In this document: piece by piece, positions 31,738 to 43,129 of the stretch
How positions within the stretch are numbered: position 1 is the stretch's first letter
How the letters are laid out: each line of letters opens with the position of its first letter
Assembly (NCBI GenBank): GCA_965140345.1
Contig: OZ223198.1
Span: 102,222 to 166,221 of the forward strand
From: Candidatus Kapaibacterium sp.
GTDB taxonomy: Bacteria; Bacteroidota; Ignavibacteria; Kapaibacteriales; UBA2268
Length of the DNA stretch: 64,000 nt
Reading direction: 5' to 3'
The notes under the pieces: model-generated
Databases searched by the model: none
Told to the model about the DNA's origin: nothing
The model's input: the letters and a program-made list of their open reading frames with translations, nothing else
Translations under genes and position numbers: made by a program

Positions 31738-33150
31738 CTACTCCACAGCAAAACCTACCATTTTAGATTCTACTCCGTTATCAATGAGCAGATACTAGAT
31801 GCCTGTGCGGTATTTTGAGGACTGTATCGTTTTTGTCGCATTAAATCTGCGGTTATCATATTCTACTTCATTATCCAGTTTATCTATCTGGTTGCCCATG
31901 TAGTCGTAAATTGTAAATTCAAGGTCGTCTACTAAATCAGGGTGCACATAGAATTGTACTTTTGTTTGCGTTTTTGTAGGATTTGGATATGTGCGAACAG
32001 TTATCATTGTAGGCACTGCTTCAACTGAATTTCCGTCAGGATAGTAGGGCACAACCAAGAAATTTGTATCTGAATCAGGATTTATATATGGTCCGGCAAG
32101 CCAGATATAATCGTAAGGAGTTGGCATCATTGCCCAAACATTCGCTATTTCAGGAACTTCGAACAGTTTAAAATCGCCTTCATCTGTTTGTTTGAACAAA
32201 ATAGGCTTAAAAGTTACCCAATCATTCAATCTTACAAGTAGTTTCCCATTTGGCAGAACACGTAAAGAAGTGTAGATTTCATATTCATCATCTAAGAATT
32301 CTTCTATATATGGTCGAATTGAGGTCTCAGCAAGATCAATAAATTCAGTATCATGAGTCTTCAAATTAAAAATAAAAATGTGAGCTCTTCTGTCCAAATA
32401 ATACATTTTATCACCTACTATTTGACAATCATTCGGCTGGACAGATTCTTCTGTAAAAGGACTAAGTATTGAATCCAAATTCAAGGTGTAATATTCATCA
32501 TGCGATAAATAATGTAGTTCTTTGCCATCTAGAGTTAAATATAGCAAGCCATCATTATATACATTAATACATTGATCAAGAGTATAGAAGTTTTTAATTT
32601 TCTCTCCATCTATGTCTATAGTGTCAACTTTTATAGTCTTCTCATCTATAGTTATAAGATGCTTAGTATTGCCAAACAACCAGTATTTACCATCCCAGTA
32701 TATTACTTCGATTAGGGAATTAATATAACCAAATAAGGCGCCGTAAGGTTTCCTTTCCCACACTACAGTAGTATCTTTAGATTGATAGACTAAATATGAT
32801 TTTTGAGAATTAGGACCTGCAATCGAAGTATCCGGTATCGTAAATTGGACTGTCGACGACATTAATCTTGAATTTTTTCCATATTCCAAATTACCTATCG
32901 ATTTTATTTCATAGAGAGAATCTAATATCCCTATTTTTTCTATCATTTCAATTTCCGAACCAATTGAATGGAACTTATAAGCGTAAGATTGTCCTGTGAA
33001 ATAATTTACACCAGAAGAATCAATGGATAGCTCTTTATATGGATTTATTTTTAGATTAGAATAATAAGGCTGACCAAAATAACCTTCTTCAGCTATTAAT
33101 GCAGCAAAGCCTAAAAATAATATTAGCAAAGTTTGTAAAATTAATCTCAT
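31738..33150 (-). pseudogene. T9SS cargo paralog 4; same TAG at 31795-31797
   Basis: Near-identical to paralogs 2 and 5; identical nonsense change. Confidence 0.8.
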
Positions 33151-33194
33151 TTTCTCACCTTAGATATTGTATAAATTTTGTAACTATGCTCAAG

Positions 33195-34583
33195 CTACTC
33201 CACAGCAAAACCCACCATTTTAGATTCTACTCCGTTATCAATAAGCAAATAGTAGATGCCTGTGCGGTATTTTGAGGACTGTATCGTTTTTGTCGCATTA
33301 AATCTACCGTTATCATATTCTACTTCATTATCCAGTTTATCTATCTGGTTGCCCATGTAGTCATAAATTGTAAATTTAAGGTCATCTACTAAATCAGGGC
33401 GCACATAGAATTGTACTTTTGTTTGCGTTTTTGTAGGATTTGGATATGTGCGAAGAGTTATCATTGTAGGCACTGCTTCAACTGAATTTCCGTCAGGGAA
33501 ATATGGAACAACTATATAAGTTGTATCTGAATCAGGATTTTCATATTTGCCGTTAATCCATATATAGTCATAAGGAGTTTCGATTATACTAAATATTTTA
33601 CTCATTTCCGGAACTTCGATCTTTTCAAATTCGCCATTTTTAAGCTGTAAAAATGAATGAATTTCTATATTTATAGCGTCAAATACTGAAATCAGTAGTC
33701 TGCCAGTTTGCATTACTTTTATGCCAATACTAACACCATAGCCATCATTCAAGTCTTTTTCAATATAGGGTTTGATCGCTGTTTCTATCAACTCTACAGA
33801 TTCTATGCTATAAGTTTTCAAATCAAATATTACCATGTGAGCGAACTCATCTACAACATAAAGCTTATCATTTATTAAAAAACACCCTTCAGGTTTATAA
33901 AAATCCGGACAAACACTCTTAAATATCGAGTCAGTATTTATTGTGTAATATTCTTCTTCCGAGTAGTAATGAAGTTGATCTCTATCATAGGTGAAATATA
34001 GCAATCCATTATTGTAAACATTAATCAAATTACCAAAGGTAAAATATGATTTTACTTTTTTATCATCAACATATATCTTACCTATTTCAAAGGTATTTTC
34101 ATCAAGAGTAACAATATAATTAAGATTACCAAAAAAGCAGTACTTGCCGTCAAAATATAATGATCTGAATACAACATTTAAATCATGAAGCTCATCGTTC
34201 TTCCACACGACTGTTGTGTCTTTTTTTTTGAGTATTTTATAAGTTACTAGTGTATCTTGACCATAATATCCTTTTTGAACGGGAATAACTGAGAGCATCT
34301 GAGAATTTTTGCCAAATAGATATGTGGAAGATAGAACTTCATAGGTAGAGTCAAACATATCTACATAGTTATGAAATAACAGTGTATCACCTAAAGATTT
34401 GTAACTCGAAACAGGTGTTTTGTACCCTGTAAAATAATAGACTCCTGAAGAATCCATGTCTAATATTTGAAATGGATTATGATCCTTTGTACTATAATAA
34501 GGTGTTCCAAAGTATCCTTCTGCTGCTTCTGCTGCAGCAAAGCCTAAAAATAGTATTAGCAAAGTTTGCAACATTAATCTCAT
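33195..34583 (-). CDS. T9SS cargo paralog 3 (divergent body)
   Basis: Shared signal peptide and TYPNP...GIYYLLID CTD; different central region. Confidence 0.85.
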   Translation of the reverse strand: MRLMLQTLLILFLGFAAAEAAEGYFGTPYYSTKDHNPFQILDMDSSGVYYFTGYKTPVSSYKSLGDTLLFHNYVDMFDSTYEVLSSTYLFGKNSQMLSVIPVQKGYYGQDTLVTYKILKKKDTTVVWKNDELHDLNVVFRSLYFDGKYCFFGNLNYIVTLDENTFEIGKIYVDDKKVKSYFTFGNLINVYNNGLLYFTYDRDQLHYYSEEEYYTINTDSIFKSVCPDFYKPEGCFLINDKLYVVDEFAHMVIFDLKTYSIESVELIETAIKPYIEKDLNDGYGVSIGIKVMQTGRLLISVFDAINIEIHSFLQLKNGEFEKIEVPEMSKIFSIIETPYDYIWINGKYENPDSDTTYIVVPYFPDGNSVEAVPTMITLRTYPNPTKTQTKVQFYVRPDLVDDLKFTIYDYMGNQIDKLDNEVEYDNGRFNATKTIQSSKYRTGIYYLLIDNGVESKMVGFAVE

Positions 34584-34627
34584 ATTTTTACCTTAGATAT
34601 TGTATAAATTTTGTAACTATGCTCAAG

Positions 34628-36040
34628 CTACTCCACAGCAAAACCCACCATTTTAGATTCTACTCCGTTATCAATGAGCAGATAGTAGATACCTGTGCGG
34701 TATTTTGAGGACTGTATCGTTTTTGTCGCATTAAATCTACCGTTATCATATTCTACTTCATTATCCAGTTTATCTATCTGGTTGCCCATGTAGTCGTAAA
34801 TTGTAAATTTAAGGTCGTCTACTAAATCAGGGCGCACATAGAATTGTACTTTTGTTTGCGTTTTTGTAGGATTTGGATATGTGCGAAGAGTTATCATTGT
34901 AGGCACTGCTTCAACTGATGTGCCGTCAGGAAAATATGGAACTGCTGCATAAGTTGTGTCTGAATCAGGATTTATATATGGTCCGGCAAGCCAGATATAA
35001 TCGTAAGGAGTTGGCATCATTGACCAAACATTCGCTATTTCTGGAACTTCGAACAGTTTAAAATCGCCTTCGTCTGTTTGTTTGAACAAAATAGGCTTAA
35101 AAGTTACCCAATCATTCAATCTTACAAAAAGTTTTCCATTCGGCAGAACACGTAAAGAAGTGTAGATTTCATATTCATTATCTAAGAATTCTTCTATATA
35201 TGGTCGAATTGAGGTCTCAGCAAGATCAATAAATTCAGTATCATGAGTCTTCAAATTAAAAATAAAAATGTGAGCTCTTCTGTCCAAATAATACATTTTA
35301 TCACCCACTATTTGACAATCGTTTGGCTGGACAGATTCTTCTGTAAAAGGACTAAGTATTGAATCCAAATTCAAGGTGTAATATTCATCATGCGATAAAT
35401 AATGGAGTTCTTTGCCATCTAGAGTTAAATATAGCAAGCCATCATTATATACATTAATACATTGATCACGAGTATAGAAGTTTTTAATTTTCTCTCCATC
35501 TATGTCTATAGTGTCAACTTTTATAGTCTTCTCATCTATAGTTATAAGATGCTTAGTATTGCCAAACAACCAGTATTTACCATCCCAGTATATTACTTCG
35601 ATTAGGGAATTAATATAACCAAATAAGGCGCCGTAAGGTTTCCTTTCCCACACTACAGTAGTATCTTTAGATTGATAGACTAGATATGATTTTTGAGAAT
35701 TAGGACCTGCAAGCGAAGTATCCGGTATTGTAAATTGGACTGTCGACGACATTAATCTTGAATTTTTTCCATATTCCAAATTACCTATCGATTTTATTTC
35801 ATAGAGAGAATCTAATATCCCTATTTTTTCTATCATTTCAATTTCCGAACCAATTGAATGGAACTTATAAGCGTAAGTATTTCCAGTAAAATAATTTACA
35901 CCTGCAGAATCAATGGATAGCTCTTGATATGGATTTATTTTTAGATTAGAATAATAAGGCTGACCAAAATAACCTTCTTCAGCTATTAATGCAGCAAAGC
36001 CTAAAAATAGTATTAGCAAAGTTTGTAACATTAATCTCAT
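34628..36040 (-). CDS. T9SS cargo paralog 2 (intact)
   Basis: Signal peptide, YPNP...YRTGIYYL CTD. Confidence 0.85.
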   Translation of the reverse strand: MRLMLQTLLILFLGFAALIAEEGYFGQPYYSNLKINPYQELSIDSAGVNYFTGNTYAYKFHSIGSEIEMIEKIGILDSLYEIKSIGNLEYGKNSRLMSSTVQFTIPDTSLAGPNSQKSYLVYQSKDTTVVWERKPYGALFGYINSLIEVIYWDGKYWLFGNTKHLITIDEKTIKVDTIDIDGEKIKNFYTRDQCINVYNDGLLYLTLDGKELHYLSHDEYYTLNLDSILSPFTEESVQPNDCQIVGDKMYYLDRRAHIFIFNLKTHDTEFIDLAETSIRPYIEEFLDNEYEIYTSLRVLPNGKLFVRLNDWVTFKPILFKQTDEGDFKLFEVPEIANVWSMMPTPYDYIWLAGPYINPDSDTTYAAVPYFPDGTSVEAVPTMITLRTYPNPTKTQTKVQFYVRPDLVDDLKFTIYDYMGNQIDKLDNEVEYDNGRFNATKTIQSSKYRTGIYYLLIDNGVESKMVGFAVE

Positions 36041-36084
36041 ATTTTTACCTTAGATATTGTATAAATTTTGTAACTATGCTCAAG

Positions 36085-37482
36085 CTACTCCACAGCAAAA
36101 CCCACCATTTTTGATTCTACTCCGTTATCAATGAGCAGATAGTAGATGCCTGTGCGGTATTTTGAGGACTGTATCGTTTTTGTCGCATTAAATCTGCTGT
36201 TATCATATTCTACTTCATTATCCAGTTTATCTATCTGATTGCCCATGTAGTCGTAAATTGTAAATTTAAGGTCATCTACTAAATCAGGGCGCACATAGAA
36301 TTGTACTTTTGTTTGCGTTTTAGTAGGATTTGGATATGTGCGAAGAGTTATCATTGTAGGCACTGCTTCAACTGATGTGCCGTCAGGAAAATATGGAACT
36401 GCTGCAAAAGTTGTGTCTGAATCAGGATTTATATATGATCCGTTAATCCATATATAATCATAAGGAGTATTTAATGCATAATAGTTATCAGAGAAGTACT
36501 TATACTGAAGTTGTTTAAATGATTTATTTTCATCTGCTACAAAAACGATTTGTTTGTCTTTGCTATAAGAGTAACAGTTGAGATATATAGTCCCATCTTT
36601 ATGAACACAAATTTGAGGAAGTGCCGGAAATACATCCTTCAAATCTTCTTTATAATATTCCCCTACTTCTCCATTTTTTAGATTAACAAATCCGGTTTGC
36701 TTACTAAGTAAATCAAAAATATACAAGCACAAATTATCATCGATAATATAGAGCTTATCTTTTATTATTGCAGTTTCAGTAGGATAAGTATACTCCGCTG
36801 AAACAGAGTTAAATATAGAATCTATATTTATTGAATAGCTGGTATCCTTTGAGTAAAAACACAGTCTATCTCTTTGAGATGAAAAATAAAGGATACCATT
36901 TTTATAGCAATTAGTCAGAGTGGCATTATCATTATATGGTTTTAAATTAGTTCCATCTATTGGTACTGTATCAATTTTTAATGACAATTCATCAAAAGTG
37001 AGTAAAAAGTTTTGATTACCAAATAACCAGTATTTCCCTGCTGAGTATTCAAAATCTGTAATAGTAGTCAAATATTTATGAAGCTCTGCATTTTTTGGTA
37101 GCCATGATATAGTCGTATCTTTTCTCTTGAAAATAAGGTACTGTACTAAACTATCCTGACCGTACAAGCCCTTTATTTTTGGATACATAAACCACATACC
37201 TGAGATTTTTCCAAAAGTACTCCTTTCAATTTTATTGATCTCAAAGACGGTGTCACGCACTTCAATAAAGCTATCCTTATGCAAGGAATCAGTTAATTCG
37301 GAAAAAGTATGAAAAGGCGAATCCCCTTCGAAATAATTCAGAGAAGTAGAATCAACATAAAATCCTTTAAATGGATTTGAATGGGAAGTACTAAAATATG
37401 GCTGACCAAAGTATCCTTCTTTAGCCTCTGTTGTAGCAAAGCCTAAAAAGAGGATTAGCAAAGTTTGTATCATTAATCTCAT
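36085..37482 (-). CDS. T9SS cargo paralog 1 (divergent body)
   Basis: Start MRLMIQ chosen by homology with the other copies; same CTD. Confidence 0.85.
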   Translation of the reverse strand: MRLMIQTLLILFLGFATTEAKEGYFGQPYFSTSHSNPFKGFYVDSTSLNYFEGDSPFHTFSELTDSLHKDSFIEVRDTVFEINKIERSTFGKISGMWFMYPKIKGLYGQDSLVQYLIFKRKDTTISWLPKNAELHKYLTTITDFEYSAGKYWLFGNQNFLLTFDELSLKIDTVPIDGTNLKPYNDNATLTNCYKNGILYFSSQRDRLCFYSKDTSYSINIDSIFNSVSAEYTYPTETAIIKDKLYIIDDNLCLYIFDLLSKQTGFVNLKNGEVGEYYKEDLKDVFPALPQICVHKDGTIYLNCYSYSKDKQIVFVADENKSFKQLQYKYFSDNYYALNTPYDYIWINGSYINPDSDTTFAAVPYFPDGTSVEAVPTMITLRTYPNPTKTQTKVQFYVRPDLVDDLKFTIYDYMGNQIDKLDNEVEYDNSRFNATKTIQSSKYRTGIYYLLIDNGVESKMVGFAVE

Positions 37483-37992
37483 TATTAGCTCTAATTTGTA
37501 CAAATATTTAGAGCCGGCTTGCTTTGCCGGCTCTTAGTCTTCTCCGATAGTGGAGCTCTTTACTGTTAATATTATGTTATACCACTGCGAAAACGACTAA
37601 ATCTTATTCCATACCTTTTTTTGCATAAATAATATTAAATGGCGAGGTATTTGAAGTTTATTAGTAATAATCTCTGTTTCAATAACAACTTATTTGTTTT
37701 TTGAAGAATTCAATGCAAGTTTTATTAAATATTCTCTATATTTATATATATCAAGAATTTTATCTTAACTAATATTTATCCTGCAATTCAAATATATGTT
37801 ATATAAATATATTTTACAAACTTTTATTGATATTAATTATCCTTTGATTATTCTACAATTCATTTTTATATCTAACAATGTTTAGCATATCTAGATATTA
37901 TATCACTATTATCCTTGACTAAAAACTAAAATTTGCATATCTCATGAAAGTGTTTTATATCATAAATATACAAATGACAATTTGAGAATGAT

Positions 37993-38712
37993 ATGCATAC
38001 AAAACTTATTACAAAATCCGAAGTATCTGCACATCAGGCGGATTATCTTAAAAGACTGAAGCTAAGCAGCTTCTTTGATATAATGCAGGATGGCGCTTAC
38101 AAAAACGCAGATGATTACGGTTATGGCTTTTATGATATGGTAGATAAGGGGTTAATCTGGGTCATTTCCCGCATAAAAGTTATCTGGGAAAATGATGCTT
38201 ATTTTGAAGATGAACTTGAATTTTCTACCTGGGCTAAAGGCCTGGAAAGGTTATTTTTCAGACGTGACTATTTGCTAAAATCAAATTCTAAAACAGTTGC
38301 AAAAGCAACAGCTCTTTGGCTGATTATAGAAGAGAAAAGCAGACGACCACAGAGGCCAACTGTACTAACTGATTACCAGACAAAATTCATCGAAGAAAGC
38401 GCAATAGATGAAGTTCCGAGAAAAATTGATATTATTGAAGATACAGAGTTTGTTTTCAGTAAGTCAGTCAGGCACTGTGATTTGGATATTAACGGACATA
38501 TGAACAATGAAAGATACGTTGAGCTAGCCTTAGACGCGCTGCCTCAAGGGTATTTCGAAAAGCAGCTTAAAACTTTTGAAATTGAATTTAAACAGGAATC
38601 AAAATTTGGAGATGAATTAATCATGACCAGAAAAGTTTTAGACAATTCAGTTTATGTTAGAGCGTGTAATGACTTAGGGGAATGCATTTTTGCTTCACTA
38701 TTCGGGTTTTAA
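37993..38712 (+). CDS. Acyl-ACP thioesterase (double hotdog)
   Basis: DLDINGHMNNERY motif; W(V/L)I hotdog strands. Confidence 0.85.
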   Translation: MHTKLITKSEVSAHQADYLKRLKLSSFFDIMQDGAYKNADDYGYGFYDMVDKGLIWVISRIKVIWENDAYFEDELEFSTWAKGLERLFFRRDYLLKSNSKTVAKATALWLIIEEKSRRPQRPTVLTDYQTKFIEESAIDEVPRKIDIIEDTEFVFSKSVRHCDLDINGHMNNERYVELALDALPQGYFEKQLKTFEIEFKQESKFGDELIMTRKVLDNSVYVRACNDLGECIFASLFGF

Positions 38713-38886
38713 ATTTGTAGATTGATAGACTTTTCAAAGCATAGTCTTATCAGTTATAATGGATAGGAATTATTGATAGAGGCTGTCTTGTAAGGAAAAA
38801 TATAACTAATACTGCAGCAACTACCTCGCCCTTCAGGCGCTCTACAAAATAGGGAATGATATAGGTGGTTTTAGATGCAACCCGTA

Positions 38887-39153
38887 TAGGCTGTCTCATA
38901 AGTAAAAAATTTGTGTTGTTTGATCAATATTTGTGGTATCTAACACCCCGTCTCGCTTTGCGATCCACCCCTCTTTGAAAAGAGGGGAATTTTTTAAGTT
39001 GCTTATCTAATAGCTAGTTAGTGATGATATATATACTCTAAACATTCCCCTTCTTCGCAAGCGATGTGCTGAGCATAGCCGAAGTAAAGGGGTGCCCGAA
39101 GGGCGGGGTAGTTGAGGCAATTTAGTGATTTTTTTGACTTATGTGACAGCCTC
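38887..39153. mobile_element. MITE/REPIN-like repeat, family 1, copy 2, with an inserted family-2 REP
   Basis: Inverted ends TAGGCTGTCTCATAAGT/ACTTATGTGACAGCCTC; body matches 2267-2507; extra GCTGAGCATAGCCGAAGT segment; a further left-end copy at 38779. Confidence 0.75.
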
Positions 39154-39285
39154 TACAAATGAATAAAATAAGTATTTGCATCCGGTAGGTACAATACATT
39201 AATTGGCTCTACAAATTAGATCAGAACACAAAAAAATAGAAATATAAAATAACATTATTGTTTACATACTAATCAAATTACGCAC

Positions 39286-40245
39286 ATGAAAAGAATTGGT
39301 ATTATGACTAGCGGGGGCGACGCTCCCGGTATGAATGCTCACGTCAGAGCAGTTGTTCGAACTGCACTTTCCAGAGGCGTGGAAGTTTATGGAATTATTG
39401 GCGGTTATTCCGGCATGATCGAAGGTAATTTCGAAAAGATCGGCAGAAAGGAAACTGCAAGTATCATTGGTCGTGGTGGTACTATTTTAAAAACAAGCCG
39501 CTCTAAAGAATTTATGAATGCCGGCGGACGTGCTGCTGCTGCTGATAGTTTAAGAGAAGCAGGAATAGAAGGTGTTATAGCTTGCGGTGGTAACGGCACT
39601 CTTCAAGGTGCGCATGCTTTGTGGGAAGAACACGGCATTCCTATTGTAGGAACGCCAGGAACGATTGACAACGATCTTTACGGCACTTACTACACTATTG
39701 GCTACGATACTGCTTTGAACACTGCTGCTGAAGCTATTGACCGTATTCGCGACACTGCTGATTCCCATGGCAGAGTTTTCCTTGTTGAAGTCATGGGCAG
39801 ACATGCAGGCTTTATTGCAATGGATGTTGGTATCGCAACCGGCGCTGAATTTATTGCAGTTCCTGAGTCTATGACCAATATGGAAACACTTTATCAAAGA
39901 ATTTTGAAACAGGGCAAAACTCGCAGAACTATTGTAATCGTTGGAGAAGGTGACGAAAACGGCGGTGCTACTAAAATGGCAGGCATACTTCAGGAGAAAT
40001 ATGATATACATCCTAAAGTTACAATTCTTGGCCATATTCAGCGAGGCGGCAGCCCAACTGTAAGAGACAGAGTTCTTGCCAGCCATCTCGGAGTGGAAGC
40101 TGTTCACGCACTTTTGGACGGCAAAACTGATGTAATGATTGGTAGAAAATATCACGAAATCCAGTACACTCCACTGAAAGACACCTGGACTAAAAAGAAA
40201 GAATTATGGAAATATCTGATAGATCTTTCTGATATATTGATATAG
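39286..40245 (+). CDS. pfkA: ATP-dependent 6-phosphofructokinase
   Basis: TSGGDAPGMN, GGTIL, TIDND, EVMGRHAG, LGHIQRGG. Confidence 0.95.
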   Translation: MKRIGIMTSGGDAPGMNAHVRAVVRTALSRGVEVYGIIGGYSGMIEGNFEKIGRKETASIIGRGGTILKTSRSKEFMNAGGRAAAADSLREAGIEGVIACGGNGTLQGAHALWEEHGIPIVGTPGTIDNDLYGTYYTIGYDTALNTAAEAIDRIRDTADSHGRVFLVEVMGRHAGFIAMDVGIATGAEFIAVPESMTNMETLYQRILKQGKTRRTIVIVGEGDENGGATKMAGILQEKYDIHPKVTILGHIQRGGSPTVRDRVLASHLGVEAVHALLDGKTDVMIGRKYHEIQYTPLKDTWTKKKELWKYLIDLSDILI

Positions 40246-40406
40246 CCATTGTTTAAGATTTTTTTACTTAAAGAGAGCAATACTTCAAAATTATTGCTCT
40301 CTTTTTTTTATATAATCTATCTACATCTAAAATAAATATTCATATAATTTTAAATTAGATTTATTATTTTTGACATTATATTTGAAACATCAAAATTAGG
40401 TCTGTA

Positions 40407-41245
40407 ATGATATATCTTATATTCTTATTTATTATCATGCCTGTCGCTATGATATCTGAGGAAAATTACCCTGCTCAATATGAACAGGCAATGCAAAAAT
40501 AAAAAGTGCTGAGTTTGAAGCCGGTCTCATACAGCTGGAAACACTGGAAAAGACTGTACCAAAGGAAGATTCTATATACAATTATATCATCATTCAAAAT
40601 ATTGAAATCGATATAATGTTGGAAATGGGACTTAGATTCAGAGGTAAATATGAAAAAGCACTTGAATATGGACTCAAAGCTTTAAATTATCTGGAAAATG
40701 GTGGAAAAACATACAGTGATTTAGTCCCCTTTAAAAAGCCTTTGGTAATAGCGAATATCTCTTCTTCTTACTTTGCACTTGGTCAATACAAGAAAGCAAA
40801 AGAATACAAGGATATGCTCTATAAAATGTATGAAGAACAGTCTTTGCCCGATGAATTCAAAGAACAGTTCAACTTTGACTTTATAAAAGTCGGGAACAAG
40901 AATGTTATTGGCATGGAATTCTATCAGGAATTACCGGAAGATAGATATTCCTCCAGCTTTTCAAAAGTAATATACCATGTGTTTAATACAACTCCTGATG
41001 GTGAAAATGGAGATAAATTATGCAGATTACATGTTTTGATGTTTCATGGCGAACAAGACTTTGCCTATCTACTGACATTAAGAGCCGAAACTGAGAATGG
41101 AACAGTATCCCAATCTCTTTATGATTATACTTATAAAGAAGAAATAGACTATCCTCAACTGAGAAAAGATATTATTAAAATTGTGACTGATTTTAATGAT
41201 ATGGAAAAGAGAAACTCTGAAGCACAAAGCAATGAAAATGAATAA
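40407..41245 (+). pseudogene. Exported TPR-like protein, -1 frameshift in the A-run at 40495-40499
   Basis: Signal-peptide ORF stops at 40500-40502; adding one A joins it in frame to ORF 40616-41245. Confidence 0.65.
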
Positions 41246-41373
41246 TATCATAGTATAATGAACTATATAATCTCTATTCTTGACACTATAAGAATAGAGA
41301 TTTTTTGTGTAAAAACTGAAATTATTACAGTTTAAGGTGTAAAATCAAACAAAAAACTAATAATCTCAGTTAT

Positions 41374-41954
41374 ATGACAAATTCTAATTATCAGCAGAAA
41401 ATAGACACTTTTCTAACAGTCACACTACGCAAAGCAAGAAAGATTTTGATAATTATAATTTATATCCTTATCACTCTTCAATTTGTAGCGTTTTTTGTAT
41501 TTTTTTGGCTACCTATAGATTTGGTAAATTTCCAATATCAAGATGAAATTACTAGCGGACTGATATTTTTAAATATTATTTGCGGACTCTCCTCAATAGT
41601 ATTTATAAAAAAAGAGAATAGTAAATCTAAAAACTTACTCATCCCTATTTTGTCCTCAGCCAGCATCATTATAGTTCCATTCAGCATTCTCTTTATCTCA
41701 TTAATATTTGATTCTGATAGTTTTCAGATAAAAGTGTTTTATACAAATCAAAGAACTCAGACCACACAACTATAAAACTGCAAGTTGATGGGGGTGGTGT
41801 TTTTGGCTATTCTGATTCTAGAATTGTAAAAGAAACAAAATACGATTGGATAAAAATCAGCACATACATTGACGTAAATACAATTGATACAAGCAAATGG
41901 ATTCAGGTACATCCTAATCCGCAAAGAGCTCAAGAAAATCTATATAGTGAGTAA
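41374..41954 (+). pseudogene. Membrane protein, array 3 member 1, -1 frameshift near 41745
   Basis: The shifted frame continues ...IVKETKYDWIKISTYIDVNTIDTSKWIQV, homologous to member 3. Confidence 0.7.
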
Positions 41955-41964
41955 GGTAAGTAAC

Positions 41965-42495
41965 ATGAATATTACTCTTAAAGGTACTCTGCTAAGCTTA
42001 ATACTGGCAATCGTAATTCTGCAATTATTTGCTATAGTAATCTTTATAATCTTACCTTTTGATTTTATGGATCATAAACATGGTGAGAATACATTCTTTG
42101 TGTTTTACGTTTCAGATATAATTCTTCCCTTACTTCTATTTTTATATACTCAAAGCAAAATCGAAAAGATTTTTGCTAGAGTTGCACTCTTCATATTTGC
42201 ATGTATTAGCTCAGTTTTAATTGCAGTTGTCGGGGGTTTTATATATTTATTTAGCTTTATCGGTCAGTGGCAGAGTGGGCAGATTCTTTATATCCATAAA
42301 TCTAATCCTGACGCAGTCATTAGAGAAAGTGTTTTGGATACAGGAGCTTACAGCAGCGACGGTTTACCCAGTATAGTACAAGAAAGTGAATACGGGCTTA
42401 TAATATTCAGAAAACTTATTGACACTAATGAAATAGATAAATCTGAATGGATTAGAATTGATAGTCTAGAATTAAAATATTCAAATCCGGATTAA
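41965..42495 (+). CDS. Membrane protein, array 3 member 2
   Basis: 3 TM segments followed by a soluble domain ending LIDTNEIDKSEWIRI. Confidence 0.7.
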   Translation: MNITLKGTLLSLILAIVILQLFAIVIFIILPFDFMDHKHGENTFFVFYVSDIILPLLLFLYTQSKIEKIFARVALFIFACISSVLIAVVGGFIYLFSFIGQWQSGQILYIHKSNPDAVIRESVLDTGAYSSDGLPSIVQESEYGLIIFRKLIDTNEIDKSEWIRIDSLELKYSNPD

Positions 42496-42557
42496 ATTTA
42501 CTCATTATTGATTGAAAGTTTAAAGAAGTCACGTGTAGTGTTTTATACAACATTTCA

Positions 42558-43082
42558 ATGAATAAAAAAGAATTAGGTATGAAACATTCTGCTAAAAACA
42601 TATATGAATATTTTAAATCTTCTATTCCTATAGTTTGGGGGGTTGAGCTGCTCTTGTTTTTCCTTTTCATCTTAATGCCTATTGATTTTGTAGATAATCC
42701 ATTTGATATGGAAATAACCATCTTCATTGTCAGCCTAAACTGCTTAATTGGAATGTTAATAATAGCTTCAAGCTCCGGGAAACTTACTTTTTCATCAGTA
42801 TCACGAATTTTAGCCGGTCTTTTTTTTGTTTTTGGATTTCCATTATTAGTAGCAGTATTCTATTTAATTGATAATTGGAGCGAATATAAAGACCATAAAA
42901 TCCTTTATAGATCTAAAAATTTTCCGGAAACAGTAATTAAAATTGAAATTGAAGAAAATGGGGCACTAGGCCCAACGGTTTACAGACCGGTTAAAGAAAC
43001 AAAATACTCTTGGATTAAAATGAAGAATTCTATTGATACAAACAGTATCGACAAATCAAGATGGAGCAGAGTAGAAAACTAG
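42558..43082 (+). CDS. Membrane protein, array 3 member 3
   Basis: 3 TM segments; ends IDTNSIDKSRWSRV. Confidence 0.7.
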   Translation: MNKKELGMKHSAKNIYEYFKSSIPIVWGVELLLFFLFILMPIDFVDNPFDMEITIFIVSLNCLIGMLIIASSSGKLTFSSVSRILAGLFFVFGFPLLVAVFYLIDNWSEYKDHKILYRSKNFPETVIKIEIEENGALGPTVYRPVKETKYSWIKMKNSIDTNSIDKSRWSRVEN

Positions 43083-43129
43083 AAATATCAGATACAGTTA
43101 TCAGAAAAATTGCAGGATGAAATACTACT

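Noticed and set aside
30281-37482. Diversity-generating retroelement explanation for the T9SS array
   Set aside because: No reverse transcriptase in the window; differences among B copies are not confined to adenines or to a C-terminal variable region
39550-40155. 201-aa ORF antisense to pfkA and other short antisense ORFs in the track
   Set aside because: Fully overlap confident genes on the opposite strand and have no recognisable motifs
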